From Psilocybe cubensis (taxonomy: Eukaryota), in NCBI GenBank assembly GCA_017499595.2, contig CM039001.1, forward strand, positions 3,782,001 through 3,846,000: 64,000 nucleotides of DNA. Direction: 5' to 3'. Below the pieces are notes generated by a model, which saw nothing but the letters and a program-made list of their open reading frames with translations, had not been told where the DNA came from and ran no database searches. Within the stretch, counting starts at the first letter, position 1, and each line of letters opens with the position of its first letter. A program made the position numbers and the translations under genes. Below, piece after piece: positions 1 through 15,289 of this stretch.

Positions 1-755
<755 letters not shown>

Positions 756-2764
756 TCTGCAGTTACAATTGGCTTACGTTATCTCTTCTGTACATTTGGT
801 GAGTTATGCCTTATTTTTTGTCAGCTTTCCCTTGTTTATTCACCAGGTGCTTCTGCAGTGTATCCCCAATGTATCTTGTTCTTAATGTCAAAAGGGACTA
901 GTATGCACCACCTGCGGATGTGACACTATTTGCCGTGTTCCTTTTTGATAGCATTTGCTCATCGACCGGAAAGTAGTTCTTACCGGGCACACCTTGCATT
1001 GTTGCAAATATGTGGCCGAACTTTTGACCTCTTATGGGCTCCGCAGTATATTCTGTATATCATGCCGAAATCTTTTGAATAATTCTCGAACCACGATGTC
1101 AATGCCGCCCTCGGTGTAAAGAAGTCTGTTCGCGAGAGCATCGTATGTGTTCAATGTGTCACCGTTTCTCGATATGTCTTCTTTCTTCCCCAAAATATCA
1201 GGTGACTGCCGACATGATGGAGAAGAGTCACTATCAGGCGATGATGTCGGGCAGCTGGTCGTGGTCACAGGGCAATTCAGTTGGGCTATCTGTTCATGAC
1301 GTACGTCACTTTAAGCTTTCCTCGACTCCGCTGGTTTCACTCACCGATGTCCTTCATATTGACCACGTTGACTCTTTGTGCTTCGCCTACGACAATAAAT
1401 GATCAGCATCCTGCGAGCCTCAGTGCAAGTTATGCTTACCCCTGCCGAGGGTTCCACGATTCATTCAGTGTATCCCCAGACGAAAGAACATGAAGATTGG
1501 TTCGTTTCTCTGGAAGATACATTACCTCTGTCGGCTTGCTTCAAATACCCCATATTACTTTGAGGTGATGCGTCTAAAGTCTTTGTGTCCTTGCTGTTCT
1601 TCGTGAGCTAAATGGCCCTTTCTTTATCATTGAGGTCCGAAAGCCGAAACAAACATGCCTTCTACGAGGTCTGGATCCCGTTCTATTACCCAGGCGCGTT
1701 CTCTAACCATAATTATTGCCGCGCCACTGTCAATGTGAAAATTGTCCTGCAAATAGCCACCTTACCTTGCAATCTGCTTACCTTTATACCATTCATTTTG
1801 ATTCTAACTGTAGGCGCTTGGGGGAGCCCGGAATTATACCTTGGCACCCATCCCCAATCCTAATCCCCATCCAGCTATCTGAACTCGAGACATAGTCTCA
1901 GGTGGACCCATTGCAACCTCATGACTTGTTGATGTGTTTGAATAAGAAATGATATTGTAAAAAATGGCGAACAGATACGTATCTTGAGGACTTTCATCGT
2001 TTGACTGGTGATAATGTCCTATCATTCCTGTCTCTTGAAGGTCGCCTTTGAATATGTCGTAGCTGTACAAGTGACAGTGCTGAGGTTGCGAAGCTCTTTG
2101 AAACAAAACACCTGACCTTATCAAGCAACCAGGGTGAGTGCCTGACTTGATCATTGTAACCTCAATACAGTGGCCTTTTTGATCAAACCTTTCCCCGTTC
2201 AATTCTATCACTGCCTCCGGCCCTAAATCACCTTCTGTGACGAGGATGATTTTCACCCGCGCAAGCATTAAATAAACGTTCTACCCCCTTTCGTGTGGAC
2301 GAGGAGGTGCTGACCAAAGTGGCTTATCTTAAATATATGGTGGCTCTTCTGTGTTTGCCTAATTCCTTCCTTTCTTCCAATTGATTGCGTCACCAAGATG
2401 TCCCGCCAAACTGCTTTACGGCTGACTGCCCTGGATTGTCTCTTTTATTTCGGGTAACAAACATCAGATTCGATCTCGGTCCCAAAGATGGATGTCATAA
2501 CTCTATGGTCGCCTTATTTTGACCTAGTCCCACATTGTGGGATTTCCCCACTTTTCTTCACTCGACTTTTTGACAGAAACGGTCTTCTTTTCCGCACCAC
2601 GAAGACCATTTTCGAACATCTGAAGCGTGGTGCATCCGCTCTGGGCCCCAATAGTTTCTCTTATATAGCGCGACGCAACGCAGCTTCCTTGATCGACCTT
2701 TACCACTGACTTTTACCTGCGACGCGGTCCCTCGAGTCTTCCACACACGAAAACATCACTTGAA

Positions 2765-3517
2765 ATGACTAGGCTGCATCGACCCCTCCCATACACGTTC
2801 GAGGATCGCACTGGTCAGCTATCCAACTCCGATTTTGACGAAATGTATGACCGATTCTTCTTTCATGTGGCTCGGCAGCCTGGTCACACAAGTACCAAGA
2901 TATACGAAATGAACAATCGGGCTTCGCGTTTCCGGAGCACACTACCTCTCACCCGAGACCCTATCATCCACCTTGACTTCCAAGCAGACGAAAACCTGGG
3001 CACAATATCCTTTACGAAGGCCCCACAGCAATCCACTATGCCCATGTCACGCTATTTGAAGAAAACCGCCTTCTTCGGAGCGTAAGTCGGGTCTGCACAG
3101 TTCTATGTTCTCCAGACTGACCCTCTATCTATCACTCAGATCTACGACCAGAAAGTTCATGGCCTCGGATGGAAAGGAGTATAAATGGGGGTTCAATTTG
3201 TATGCCGGTCAGGAGTGGACTGTTCGTACCCTAAGCGCCTTTCTGCCAAAATGATAAATCTGCTAACATGCTTTCATGTGTTCTAGTGCACGACCATGGA
3301 CAATGGACTTGTTGCTCATTATGATCTCAAACCCGCCCACTTTAGGGCGTACGACGTTTCTGGAAACAATCTTATCATCTACGAGCCATACGCGCACATT
3401 ATCCCAGGTCATTGATTTCGCATCTCGTTTTGTCTTGTGCGATGGTTCTGACTATGCTGATCAGAAATCCTGGCATCCTTCATCATAATGCGTCATATTA
3501 AACAATTTAACCTGTGA
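2765..3517 (+). CDS. Basidiomycete hypothetical protein, DUF6593-like, about 4 exons
   Basis: ATG 2765; exons joined over GT-AG introns give ...RKFMASDGKEYKWG...LVAHYDLKP...EILASFIIMRHIKQFNL*; the F.ASDG.EYKW and 'EIL.SFIIM' patterns resemble DUF6593 (recalled, not searched). Confidence 0.7.
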
Positions 3518-6275
3518 TCATTCTTGGTTAGGTCTATCTCGCCAATGACTCCCACGCAATGGAGTGTACTTCGCGGAGCCCCGATCAGAATAATCTTTTA
3601 AGTGTATTCCAGCTAATCCAACTTAATCCTGTGCCATATACCTTCCCACATTTCAGCTTCCTATTTTGCATATCCTTATCTCATCCACACAGTCCCAAGT
3701 ACTCACGTCGCTGTCTTTGTTTTTGATGCTCAATGTATTAGATCTTGTACACAATATATAAACCAACGTTTCTTCGTCCACTCACCAACAATTTGGGACA
3801 TGGGTTCTGAATCGCTCCATTAAAAATGCTGTGGTTCATTTTTTGCGCCCCATAAGCGACTTCTGATTCACTAAGACTAGTATCGTTTCAGTTCTAGTCT
3901 TTGAGCACTTGATGTCGGATTTCTCAAGAGAATGCGTTGGGTCTCCAACGTCTATTAGATAAAGAACCACGCGCTGATTCTCTGGATTTTTTCCATGCGA
4001 AAGCTTCTCGTTTATCGGGACCCAATCAATTAGGACAAATGTAACATCGAAATGACTAACAATGACAAAATAATCACACCGAATCTCACATATCAGTACA
4101 TTTTTCTACATTGAAGTAGATTGTATCACGCGAACAGGTCGTGTTAGCATTGTTCAAAACTGTATGACAGTCCTGGGGACCGGGGTCAAGCAGTGGAATG
4201 TAATCTTTCTACAATGGTCTATGTAAATATGAAAAGAAGCGTTGCCTTTTCACTACATCTACCTCCTGTATGTAGTGTCGTACGATATCATGCTACTTCT
4301 GTCCTCCACGTTGAAGGGTCATTTCCATTGCTATGCGGTCTGTGGAGTCGACAGGACGTACAATAGGCATCGCATTGTACAGGCCGCCCGTGCGACTATT
4401 TTAAGTATCGTTTATTCCCGTTCTCGATTTCCTTCCCAGATTTCCCAAGCCTTGGTCTCCCGACTCCTGGCGGAGAGTACCCCAGATACTCACGTTGGAA
4501 GCTGCTGAGAAAGAACGGGGGCCGACTGAAAAGGATACTCTTCCCTTCGGCACGTACTGCGCACGCTGTATTGGGAAGTGGCCGCCTCTCCATTTTGCCT
4601 CTCCGCCGTTCGTACGACATCACATGGGTTTTCACACCGTCATTTGGCCCTGTCTCTATAATTAATATTCACATCAGGTCGAACAGTCTCGGACACGGAG
4701 TTCATGACGAAGGTTTTTCTGATATGCATCTGGGATGATCATCATAGAGAGAGTGCCTAGAACATTTGTCCTTTTCCATGATTCCCTGGGGAACTGTTTG
4801 TGAGTTTTTGTTTTTGGATATTGTCATTGGCCTAGCGCCGTGAGCTACCCAGAGTAATTCTGTCTGTGTGCGTAAGTATACGAAATGTTAATGCAATGTA
4901 AACATAGCAGAATGATTGTACGAGAAGCTTGAATGGGAGGCAACTAACAGGATAGCTATAATCGCACGAGGCCAACCCCAAAGGTTTGGGCCCGAGAACG
5001 TCAACGCATTTGCACCCTCAAATAACTTCTAACATAATTGGTTCCATTCCTGTAGAGTTGTCCGTGATGCAAATTTGCCTAATACGGGGATCACCGAATG
5101 TCTTCACTTTTTCAGAGAAAGGATACACTGGTCTACGGACAATTACAAATACGTACATGTATAGAATGATCCATTGCACTATCCGTCTTCCGCCAGAAGC
5201 TCACTGAGCATTTTAAGGTCTTCTTACAGTCACACTAATCACACAGCGTAAGCGCATTACACTCAGGCAATGAAGTTGAATGAACCCTAAAACGTGTTAT
5301 AGGATAAAATGTAAGAAAGATCCATATCATGAACCCACAGGCTGTCATGAATACATGAGGTCGGCCTATTGAGCGAATATTTAGTCCATTTATGACCAGT
5401 TCTACACTAAATGGGAGGGGCATAACGTATAACTACTAAAATTGGGAAATGGGACAACTTTTCTGAAATTGACCACAAACTAGTCCCCACTGAGCCCGCA
5501 GGTTTTGCATGATATGACCTTCCGTCCATGATGTACAAGTACGTATGATCCAATTCTGTCCGTTTGATGAACTTTGATCCACTTTATTACCCTTAGTTTA
5601 ACAACAGAAAGTAGCCTACAATTCAAATTTGGGTAAATGCTGGGTAAATGCTATCACTTTCAATTAAAATGTCTACAAAAGAGTTATACCTATACCTTGC
5701 TCCCTCAGGAAAGCTAACCTGACAGAGTTTTATTGTCTTGTATTTGATAAATTAGTTCTTTAGAAAAATTATAAAGCAAAAGACTGAAATTACACATTGG
5801 GAATGCTAGTAGACACGTGCTAGAATTTCATGAAGAAATGTCCGACAATATGGAAATCATAGTATAAGATATGGAGCATATTTGAGGATATGATCTCTGC
5901 ATCTCCAAACAACATGGCAATCTTTACGTTCTTTCGATTTAAGTTCTCACCGTATCACCGCTGGATAAAACTCACCACGGCTACATTAAGAGCTGACAAC
6001 AGAGTACCATCAAATTTGACTGTATGTCAAAACCTCGTTACAAGACAACACCAAGGTTTTCCACCTCGTGTGTAGTTCATGCCAGTTTTCTGAGATCGCC
6101 AAGTTAAACTCGCCGCATTTTGCCGGTCATTTTCATCCGCCGGTTCAAAGCGGCAAAGTCGGCATTAGCAATCGCACACGATCGGTTAGATTTTACATCC
6201 CCATTCAGATCATGCTGACGATCGATTTATTTATTTATCAGTCATTTCGTTCTCAAACTTTTAGACAACGGAAAG

Positions 6276-7382
6276 ATGGTTGAAGAGAAAGGTAAAGAGA
6301 ACAACTTTTCTTAGAAGTAAACTCGAGTTGAACATTATCATAGTTCTCATTGGCGTTATCGGTGGAAGTGGTCTCTACCATCTCGATAATTTGACGTTTG
6401 TGTAAGTGTGATTTCAGCGACGTCTAATCGGACACTGAGCTGTTTGTTCATTTTAGAAAGTCTGTGAACCCAGAGACGGTGAGCAGTGGCTGAGCTATCA
6501 GCTTTTAGTGTTCTAATTATTAGTTTTTAGCCATGGGGATTCCCTAGTTCTCCAATTACCATAGCCAGTCTACCCTCCGGCACAAAGGTCGCTTTCCTGG
6601 CACGACACGGTGTAGGTCATTCAATCAACCCATCTGCGGTTCCAGGACGCGCAAATATCGCTGCACTCAAGCATCTCGGTGTACGTGTCATCCTGGCATT
6701 CTCGGCTGTGGGCTCGTTGCGTGAGGAAATATCCCCTGGGTCTTTCGCGATCCCCACACAGATCATCGATCGCACCAAGGGTGTGCGGCCCGCATCTTTC
6801 TTCCAAGACACGAGCATCGTAGCCCACGCCATGTTCGGCGATCCATTCAGCAACAAGTTTGTGAGCTGGCTCGAGCCACGCGTGCGCAAGGCGTTGGAGG
6901 CGGAAGGCCGTGGTGTGCAGCTCTTCACCGACAAATGCATCGTGTGCATGGAGGGCCCACAGTTCTCCACCAGGGCGGAGAGCAAGATGTATCGCCAATG
7001 GGGTGGAGATCTCATCAACATGAGTGTGTTGCCCGAGGCCAAGTTGGCGAGGGAGGCGGAGCTGAGCTACGCCCTCATCGCCACTGCGACGGATTACGAC
7101 TCGTGGAGACCCCAATCCGAGGCTGTTACTGCTCATGAGGTTTTCAAGACCCTCAAAGCTAATGCGGACACATCCCGTCTGGTCGCTGCTACCATCCTAG
7201 ACGAGTTGCAGGCGGCTATCGAAGGAAACGATGCAGATGTGTTCTTAGAAGAAGTCGGCTCCATGAAGTTCAGCATCATGCCCAGGTCGCACAAGCAAAA
7301 CCCCGCCGACCGCAAGAAGTTGGCGTATGTTCTCCCAGAGTATTTCTCAGGAGACGAAACTGTCGATATCAGCTCAGCTTGA
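6276..7382 (+). CDS. MEU1: S-methyl-5'-thioadenosine phosphorylase (MTAP)
   Basis: [48 protein letters not shown] and ATDYD motifs; three short 5' introns. Confidence 0.95.
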
Positions 7383-8746
7383 GCTTATTTTTACCCTAGA
7401 GTTTAACCTGGAGTATACAATACGGAATTATCTGGAATATCAGTGGATTACCTGCTTCGATGTTGATTTGATATTGATTTATATTTTGCTTTCGGTTGTA
7501 GATCCGGAAATGTCTTATGCTATATCATAGTTGGGTTTAATGGGAGTTACGAAGTCAAGTTCTTTATCAAAACTGTAACAAGAGCAGGCAGACACGAAAA
7601 TGTCTGTACGTGACCACAATGTTGCTACAACGAGGATCACTTCAGTGTGTGCCACGAGATCTTGATTCTTTTTGACTCAGTCCCCTTTCTTTATCGCTTT
7701 AGTATGAGATCGCCGTCAGAATACTCCTATGCTAAAAGCTCAAAGAAGGTCGGTTTTCTAAATTCCTACTAGGAATTTTTGAAGCAGAAGAAGCCTTGTT
7801 TGGTTCCACGAAGATTCACTTCAAGTTCACACTGAACGACACAGACTTTCATTTATTCACTACTTACGGGCGAATCTGCTCAAGCGTCTATTCTCTGAAA
7901 AGCTAGATTATAATAGGCAGGAACGCTCCTTCCGTGATGTTGATATGGATCGCGTAGTGAGTTAATGCCAGCCAAGCCTCAGACCGAGTCAAGGATCAAC
8001 TTCTCATCTGGACATAGCACCACCACCAGTGGTGTAGGACGCGGTTTTCTTTTCCGAATTGTAAGTCCTAGATGTGAACAGCTCTTCCCGCACCGCCCTT
8101 CGTTGAAACACCTCACCGGATAGCTAACCGGCTGACGTTTTGCTTATACAGCTTCCGACTGTAGGCGTGCGTGGAATACATATTCCTTGCATGTTACTCT
8201 ATGTGATGCAGAAAGCTTTCACGATGGCTTTAAGTTCAACCAAAGTGTCATATCTTTGGTATTTTCTCGTTGAAAAGGAATTTCTTGATGTCAAAAAACC
8301 GTCTAAGCCCCACATAGCATTATGATTGAAGACATCACGTTTTCAGGGGTCTTCATTACTCAGAAAAGTTTGTTTTCCAACACAATTTTTTCTCCGGAAC
8401 ATAACAGCCGCTACAGTCGCTCGAATCTCTAAAAACACTCTATCCCACTCGAGCTTACCAATGGCTGAAATGATAGCGTCATGGCTTGTATTCAAGCTAA
8501 TTCTTCAAAACGAGTCATCTCGCCCGCAGCTGCTCACCAAGCTGATTGTAGATCTCACGGGGCTTCTTGTAATGACAACAATCGAATTGGGTATCTCATG
8601 ACGCACGGTACAGATCTATAGAGTTCTTTGCACTAGCAGGAGCCGATATGCCCAGCCACTGATACGCACAGCTCTTTATATAAAGGATGTGACTGGGAAC
8701 TTGAAGACACTATCTCCCAACAACACCATCTCACAACCTTCACGAT

Positions 8747-10526
8747 ATGCCAGCTGCTATTGATCCAACATACTTTCCTATTCCCTCTGTTGCCACGGAA
8801 AAGAATCCATTGGCGCCTCGTATCTGGCCAGGCATCTCCCCCGAATCAACTACTGCTTTGAGGGAAGCTCTGACCGAGAATCAGAAGAAACACCATGTTT
8901 TCTTCAACTTTCGCGGTTTCCACAAGTACGTGATGCGAAAACCATTCGTCCGTACGCCGATCCTTACCGAGTTGTACTAATTGCTTTCGATCAGCCATAT
9001 CCCTCATACTCTTTTGACACTGTGGGCTCTCGGAGCAGATGCCTCCATTATAAGAAAGACGTTTGAAGAGAATAGCAAAGATCAAAGGGATGCGTTTGTC
9101 TCTCCCAATCCCATCACAAAGGAAAATTGGAAGGATTACTTGGGCGATGAAAAGTACGTTCCAATGGATATCCTATCTGACATGTTCTCACCTATATGCA
9201 GTTACTATCAGGCATACCTTGAATTCTTCAAAGCTGAAGTCATTGCGAAGGACGTCAGCGCAATATTAGAAGAGTATATCTTTTCTGCTAGCGCTAATGT
9301 CGGCGCTGGAGATAATCATCCGGCAATGTTGAACCGTCTCTTGGCGGGCCTTTTCCACCCCCTCATTCATGTTGGACTAGGTGTTGAATTCGCTGTACCG
9401 GGTGTTTTGGCTGAAGGTCCGTTTGTCAGATTTCTTTGATTATCTGAATCAATTCAAAACGATGTCATCTTTTCTTGGCTTCTGTTTCGTATAGGCCTTG
9501 CCCAGATCGCAGTGCACAAGGCAGAATCACCCACTTTATTCCCTCCTTCAATCTTTAGTGAAGGTGGTGCAGTGGAGAGCCTTGTGTCCCAATTCGCAAG
9601 TAAAGTGGGATTAGGGGACAAAGGCGTGACTGGAAAGGGGCTACACGCGTTCACAATCCTTGCACGAGTTCTCGCAAATCCCGCACTTGCCCCAGTCGAG
9701 TTAAAGAATCCCATGGGCTTCTACAAGGAAAACCTGGACAATTCAGCTGAAACAATCGTCAAGTACGTCGACGAGTGGATTGGGGGCGGCGACAACTTGC
9801 AAGACAAGGTCAAAGAGCTCATTTGGCTCTCTTCCTTGATATATGGAGTAGGCGGATTCGAGGGGTCTGACAAGCCTTTCAACGCCGACTTTTTCAAGTA
9901 AGTTTTACTAACTGCTTTTGGTGTTTATAATTTTTTGATGTCTGGAACAAAACAGCATGCATTTTGTCACATCTTCCATCTTCCTTTCCAGTGTTACTTC
10001 GTACATCAAGCCGTCCTCTCAAGTCCTTTTATTGAAGGGATACCTGTCCCTGACTTTGGTATGGTATATTGCACGCCATAGGTATCCCATCGACATCGCA
10101 CGCTTTTTCAACGACGAGAGCTTGCTGCACCCCACCCCTCCAGGTGCCCACCCAACTCCTCACGCCGAAGCATACCCATCCGCCAGCTCTCCTCACGCCG
10201 TAACACCCGAACCCTGGCTCGCCATCATCCAATCAACCCTCACGCATCCAGATGATCATATATCCAAGCTTCAGCGCGCTCTTGCTGACTACTCCTCACG
10301 CTTTGGCTCCATACCTAAGGGAGAATTTGCCGGAACGGAGCTCAAGGATGCAGAGTTGATTGATGGGTCTTTGTTCGTGAGGGCTGCTGGGTTATCTACA
10401 GCGAGGCTGGGCTGGGTCAGGGAGGGACAACCTCCCCTAGGAGCAGACTCCCCGGTACCTGTGGTATGGGATCGACGCGGACTGGGTCTACCACCGGTTT
10501 CTGACTTGTATCCAGCTCGAAAGTAA
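8747..10526 (+). CDS. Questin oxidase-like oxidoreductase (HypA/AflY-like)
   Basis: HVFFNFRGFH|NH, GLFHPLIHVGLGVEF, DFF|MHFVTSS and HPDDHISKLQRAL motifs; about 5 exons; TATA-like box at about 8676. Confidence 0.85.
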
Positions 10527-11198
10527 GCGACATGATTTGGACCCCTCCGAGAGCTCCGGAAGTGTTATAAACTTGCCAATTTCTTGACTTGTGAATGTAC
10601 AATTTACAGCAATAAAATCTCTTTTCCGAATCCATTTCATCAATAGCTCTGTCGGTCACATTGGGATGATCAGAATTAGCTTGCCATTTCGAGTGCGAAC
10701 GCGCCTTGAACGCGCCGTAGTCACATGCCACCAACTAGGGGCAACCGCCAGTTTTGACCGTTGATCGCAACTGTACTTATCTGTGAGGACTTTTTGCAGC
10801 CTAGGCGAAGTTTTATCAAGTGAAAAGTGGAACGTAAATGTAATAGGCCAAATATTACGTACAGAACGTAGAAACCAAATTTAAGTAGGTACATACAACC
10901 TGTACGATCAAAAGATACTGGTCACAAACTTGAAATCTGAAGTACAGTGGGTGGTTGAATTTGTATTGATCCAAATGAACATGAAAATAAAAGAGTAATT
11001 GATATCAGAACAAAGAAAGCGAGGGCATTCCTAGCTATCAGGGTACAATGGGTGCAACAACCTCGACCACAGATTGCACGAGAATAGCTGACCATCAAGG
11101 AGAAAGCAAATAAAAGAGGACAAACCACAAACCCCGAACGAAAGAAAGAGGTGGTGTATATCATCGACACCGGAAGAAAACGAGAAACGCAGCAGAGT

Positions 11199-13618
11199 CT
11201 ACGCCAAAGTAATCGAAGGAATATTCTTGACTGGAGTAGCCACATCATGTTCACCACCGCTACCGCCAGCAGCAGCAGCGGGAACAGCAGCCTCCTCATC
11301 CTCATCTTCCCAATCCAATCTCACTGGCTCCAAGTAGCTCTCCGGCACGAGAGCATGTTTTGGCGCAGACGTACTTCCATCTGCTTTCGAACCAGCCTCG
11401 TCTCCCTCTGCATTTTCATCAATGACTACTGCCCAACCCACACCTCCGCCTCGTCCAACCACACGCACAATCTGGTCCTCCACCAATCTCATTTCAGCAG
11501 TACCCTCCGGTTCAAAGGCATATAGTGCACGATACAGCCCAGGATACAATGTCTCTTCGTCCTCTTCATCTTGAGCAGCGTCGTAATATTCATCATCATC
11601 ATCCATATCATCCCCATCCAAGAAATTCCTATCCAAATCCATCCGGCTCGGGAAGTCCTGATTCTGCAGCTGCTGCTGACGCTCGTTCTCCATAACCGTC
11701 GCAGCATTCGCGCCCGAGTGCTGATTGAACCTTCCCAAACCTATCCTGAGCCCATCCCACCCGCCTCTACCGCCGTACCCGCCGATACTCCAACCCTCCA
11801 AATCAACATCATCTTCATCCTCTTCCTCGCCATCACCGTCCGAGCTGCTCACACTGCCCTGGCTGAACGTGCTCAGCGTGCGCGTCCCGCGCAGCCGCCG
11901 GTTCATCCGCCCGATGCGGTTAGGCTTGGGCACCTCAGGGCCGAGTCCGACGTGCCGTTCGTCCGAGGGCGCGAAGCCGAAATCGCGGATCTTAATGTAA
12001 GTTATCGCCGACGCGCGCTTCGACGAGGTCGACACTGCGGTCGCTGGTGTGACTGGGAGGAGTGTGGCCGCGCCCGACGCACTGGGGCTCGCAGGAACAC
12101 CGACAGACGACGACGTTGTGCTAGATGAGCCAGAAGCCGATGGTTGAGGCACGTTCAGCGAGAAAGTGAGGTGTTGTGGGGACGGCAGCGGCGCAAAGCT
12201 CTGGCTCAGCTGGCTGCCTACGGACTGCCGATGTGGGTTGATCACGGGCGAATTGCGCGCGGAGCCGGCGGCGTTCGAGTGTGTCGACTGGGTAGAATGT
12301 CTGAGAGAATTTGTACGAGATACGGAGGTAGATGGGGGTCGCGATGAACGTGAGCGGGTGGAGGATATGGAGGGCGCGCCAGACACGCGACGCGACATTG
12401 CAGGTGAAGGAGGAGCGGGGCGGTTGGAAAACAGTGAAGGGTCAGCGCTGGACATGGGTCGGCTGCTGGGTGTGAATGCAGGACTCGAAAGCCCGCTACC
12501 TGGTATAGACGCGTCGAGAAGATTATCTGGAATGATAATTTTGGAAGGAGAATGGTCTACATCTTGACTATGAGAGGGTGGCAATAACGACGACGATGGA
12601 GGTGGAAACGATGATGCAGTTGCCGTTGCAGGAGATGAGTTTTCACTAGCAAATTTCTCATCTTCTTCGGATGGGAGGGCAGAAATTGGTATTGTCGGCG
12701 TCGTGGATGACGAGTGGGATTGTTCAGCGTGCCCCGGAGTCCGAGGCGGCTCGAGATACTCCTTTGGAATGATCTTCCTCTGGACACTCGATGGTGTAGG
12801 GGTCATAGGAGAGATCAAAGCAGGGGACAACGGCGCTGGAGGCAACGCTTCTTTTGAGGTCGGCGGCAGTTGAGATAGCCCATTTGTGTTTGAAATATGT
12901 GCCTGAACGACGCCCTTTAGCGAGGGCGGCTGTGATGATGGCTCATGGTGCATTTTCAGCTCGGAAGTTAGGTCACTGCTACCAGAATCTGTTTCAGGGA
13001 GTAGCAGAGGTGGGCTCGGCACCTGTGGGTTCAGTGGTTGCGACTGCGATGGTGGGTGAGACGTAGAGTTTGTTGTACTCGTTTTTTTCCCGTTGCGCAC
13101 GGGCGGAACCGGTTTGACGGCAAATTCGTGGGCTCCAGGCGTGGGTGGAGGTATAAAAGAGGACGAGGGCGATGGGAAAGGGGAAGACGACGCTGTTCCC
13201 TCCAGCGATATTGAAAGTCGCGATGCTGTAGATATTGAATTGAATAACAGCATGGTCAGCATAGCGTACTTATTATTTTTAGAACCCATAATGAAATCGG
13301 ACGCAAACACAAAAGATATTGTGGACAATTCTCCGATAATTGGCTAACCAAGTCCAGGAGAAATTGCCAGTATGAATCCAGGTATGTGGATCCATATGAA
13401 CGAACAACATACATCCCGATGCCGTTTTCCGCAACTGAGACGTCCTAAGCGCAGCATCACCGGAACTCGTAAATATAGGAAGAACTGGAGCCTATATGTC
13501 CTGGATCGCGCGTAACATCCTGCTCAACGAGTACCCCAACAGGAACACCCAATCGCCCCGACCATATTGGAAGTAAAGAGTACTCACATGGTGGCTCCGA
13601 ATACACTGCTGATGCCAT
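11199..13618 (-). CDS. Ser/Pro-rich protein with C-terminal SH3 domain (NBP2-like adaptor)
   Basis: Exon 1 MASAVYSEPP (ATG 13618) joins the long ORF through a phase-1 intron; IRDFGF..DERH.G motif; SH3 YRALYAFEPEGTAEMRLVEDQIV...GWAVV...LVPESYLE. Confidence 0.8.
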
Positions 13619-14894
13619 TCTGTCTTTGTGTCCTTCAACTACAAGCACAATCTCCGTACAATTGGTATAAGATGATCTTCCTTTCCGTGGCCAATATATC
13701 GATCCTTGCGATGGTTCAAGGATTGTGCTTCGCGATAGTGAGGCCGAGACAAAAGAGGCCGGTAAATGGTATGGATTGTCTTGCCCACAAATCGAACGCT
13801 TGATGAACTATGGCGATTATATATGGCTTCCGGCAGAGTTGTAGAATAGAACCAGGAACTTCAGAACCGTGAAAAGGATTGGGAGATAAGAGTTAAAGAG
13901 GCAAGCAGGTAACCAAGCAATCCAGATTCTGTAAATCCCCTCCCATTTCTACCGCGTTGTCATGGTAACTGCTTGTTGTTGTTTGTTCGGAGTGGCGTCT
14001 TGACGCAGGTTTAGCGCCTGTGCCCCTGTTCGTGTTCATTGTACACCATCACCTGAAAGCACTGTGAGAACCGCTGTTGGTTCTCTTTCGTTCAGTACCC
14101 TCTCATTTTTGGCATACATCCCGCAAAACTTGCTGCAAACTGCATGCCAGCACTGTGGCAGATGAAACAATAGACGGCCCTAAATAAACCCTCGGAGCTA
14201 CTTGCCTGCAGGATGACGGATCTACCGATGTTCGAAAAACCGCAATCCTCCACGTATGTCGGAATGAATTCATCGGCAGAAACACGTACCGAGTCACGAG
14301 TGAAAAGGGGCACTCGTGTTGTGTCAATAATACCCCACGTTGAGGTAGTATCTTTGTGCACCGTCCATGAACTTTATCCTTTCGATTCGATGCTAGTAAG
14401 AACTTGGAGACGCTCGTGTCGGTGTTTTTTTTTATGTGAAAGTTTGACAGGTCAACAAATATTCAGCATCGCCTTTGCTGGAAATCACCTTTTGCACAGG
14501 CGCTTTGGAGATAGATCGACGCTGCTTGACCCAGTTATGTTTTTATGTGCCTTGCGGATCGCATCGCAGATACCTTCAACATTGCGTTCCTTGGCATTGT
14601 CAATGCTGTCCATCTTGGACGCCACTGATTCCAGGTTCTTTTTGTCTACCAAATCAACCCTTTCTGGTGATTAGATGGGAGCCAGAGCTTATATTTTGAC
14701 ATAGGTGGCGGTAAAGCACCAATCTGGGTATTGGAATTAGCGTTGAGTTGATTTACAGCTCTTTCTCAAGGCGAAAATTTGTTTTTGTTCAACTTGATAT
14801 ACATGTACGATTTTCTATCATCCATCCCTTCTTCAGAAACTTTATCGGAACCATCTAACCTCGCAGAGACAACCATCGAGCGTATACAAGCTTT

Positions 14895-15289
14895 TTAAGC
14901 AGTACAATTAACTCCCATCTCTAGCTCTGTAATCTATTTGTTATATCGCTATTTAGCTTCCAAAAAGCATGATATCCAGTGGAAACATTCACGCACCAAG
15001 GAATGGCAACAAGTGCTAAATCGACGCAGTAACATACCACTGACCACACAATTATCAAGGGCGGGAAGACAATGAACTGAAATATATTCAGTAGCGTCCT
15101 CTGAATGCAACATTTGAGATACTCACAGCCTATGTTCCCCACAGGCCTAATTGATGGAAGAATGGCGCTGCAGCAAGCTTGTGTAGTTCCAATTGGGCAT
15201 TGGCTAGCTGGCAACAATTGAGCAATCCCGATGGCTGCGAAGGGAACTACGGAAGCGACTAGAGACGCCCAAGAGGTGTTAAGTTTCAT
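14895..15289 (-). CDS. Hydrophobin-like secreted 8-Cys protein, 3 exons
   Basis: Spliced: MKLNTSWASLVASVVPFAAIGIAQLLPASQCPIGTTQACCSAILPSIRPVGNIG|FHCLPALDNCVVSGMLLRRFSTCCHSL|ITELEMGVNCTA*; C-CC-C-C-CC-C pattern. Confidence 0.8.

Noticed and set aside
1032..2268. ORFs between RVB1 and the DUF6593-like gene (e.g. 1834-2268, minus)
   Set aside because: No recognisable motifs or consistent exon structure; may be decayed sequence.
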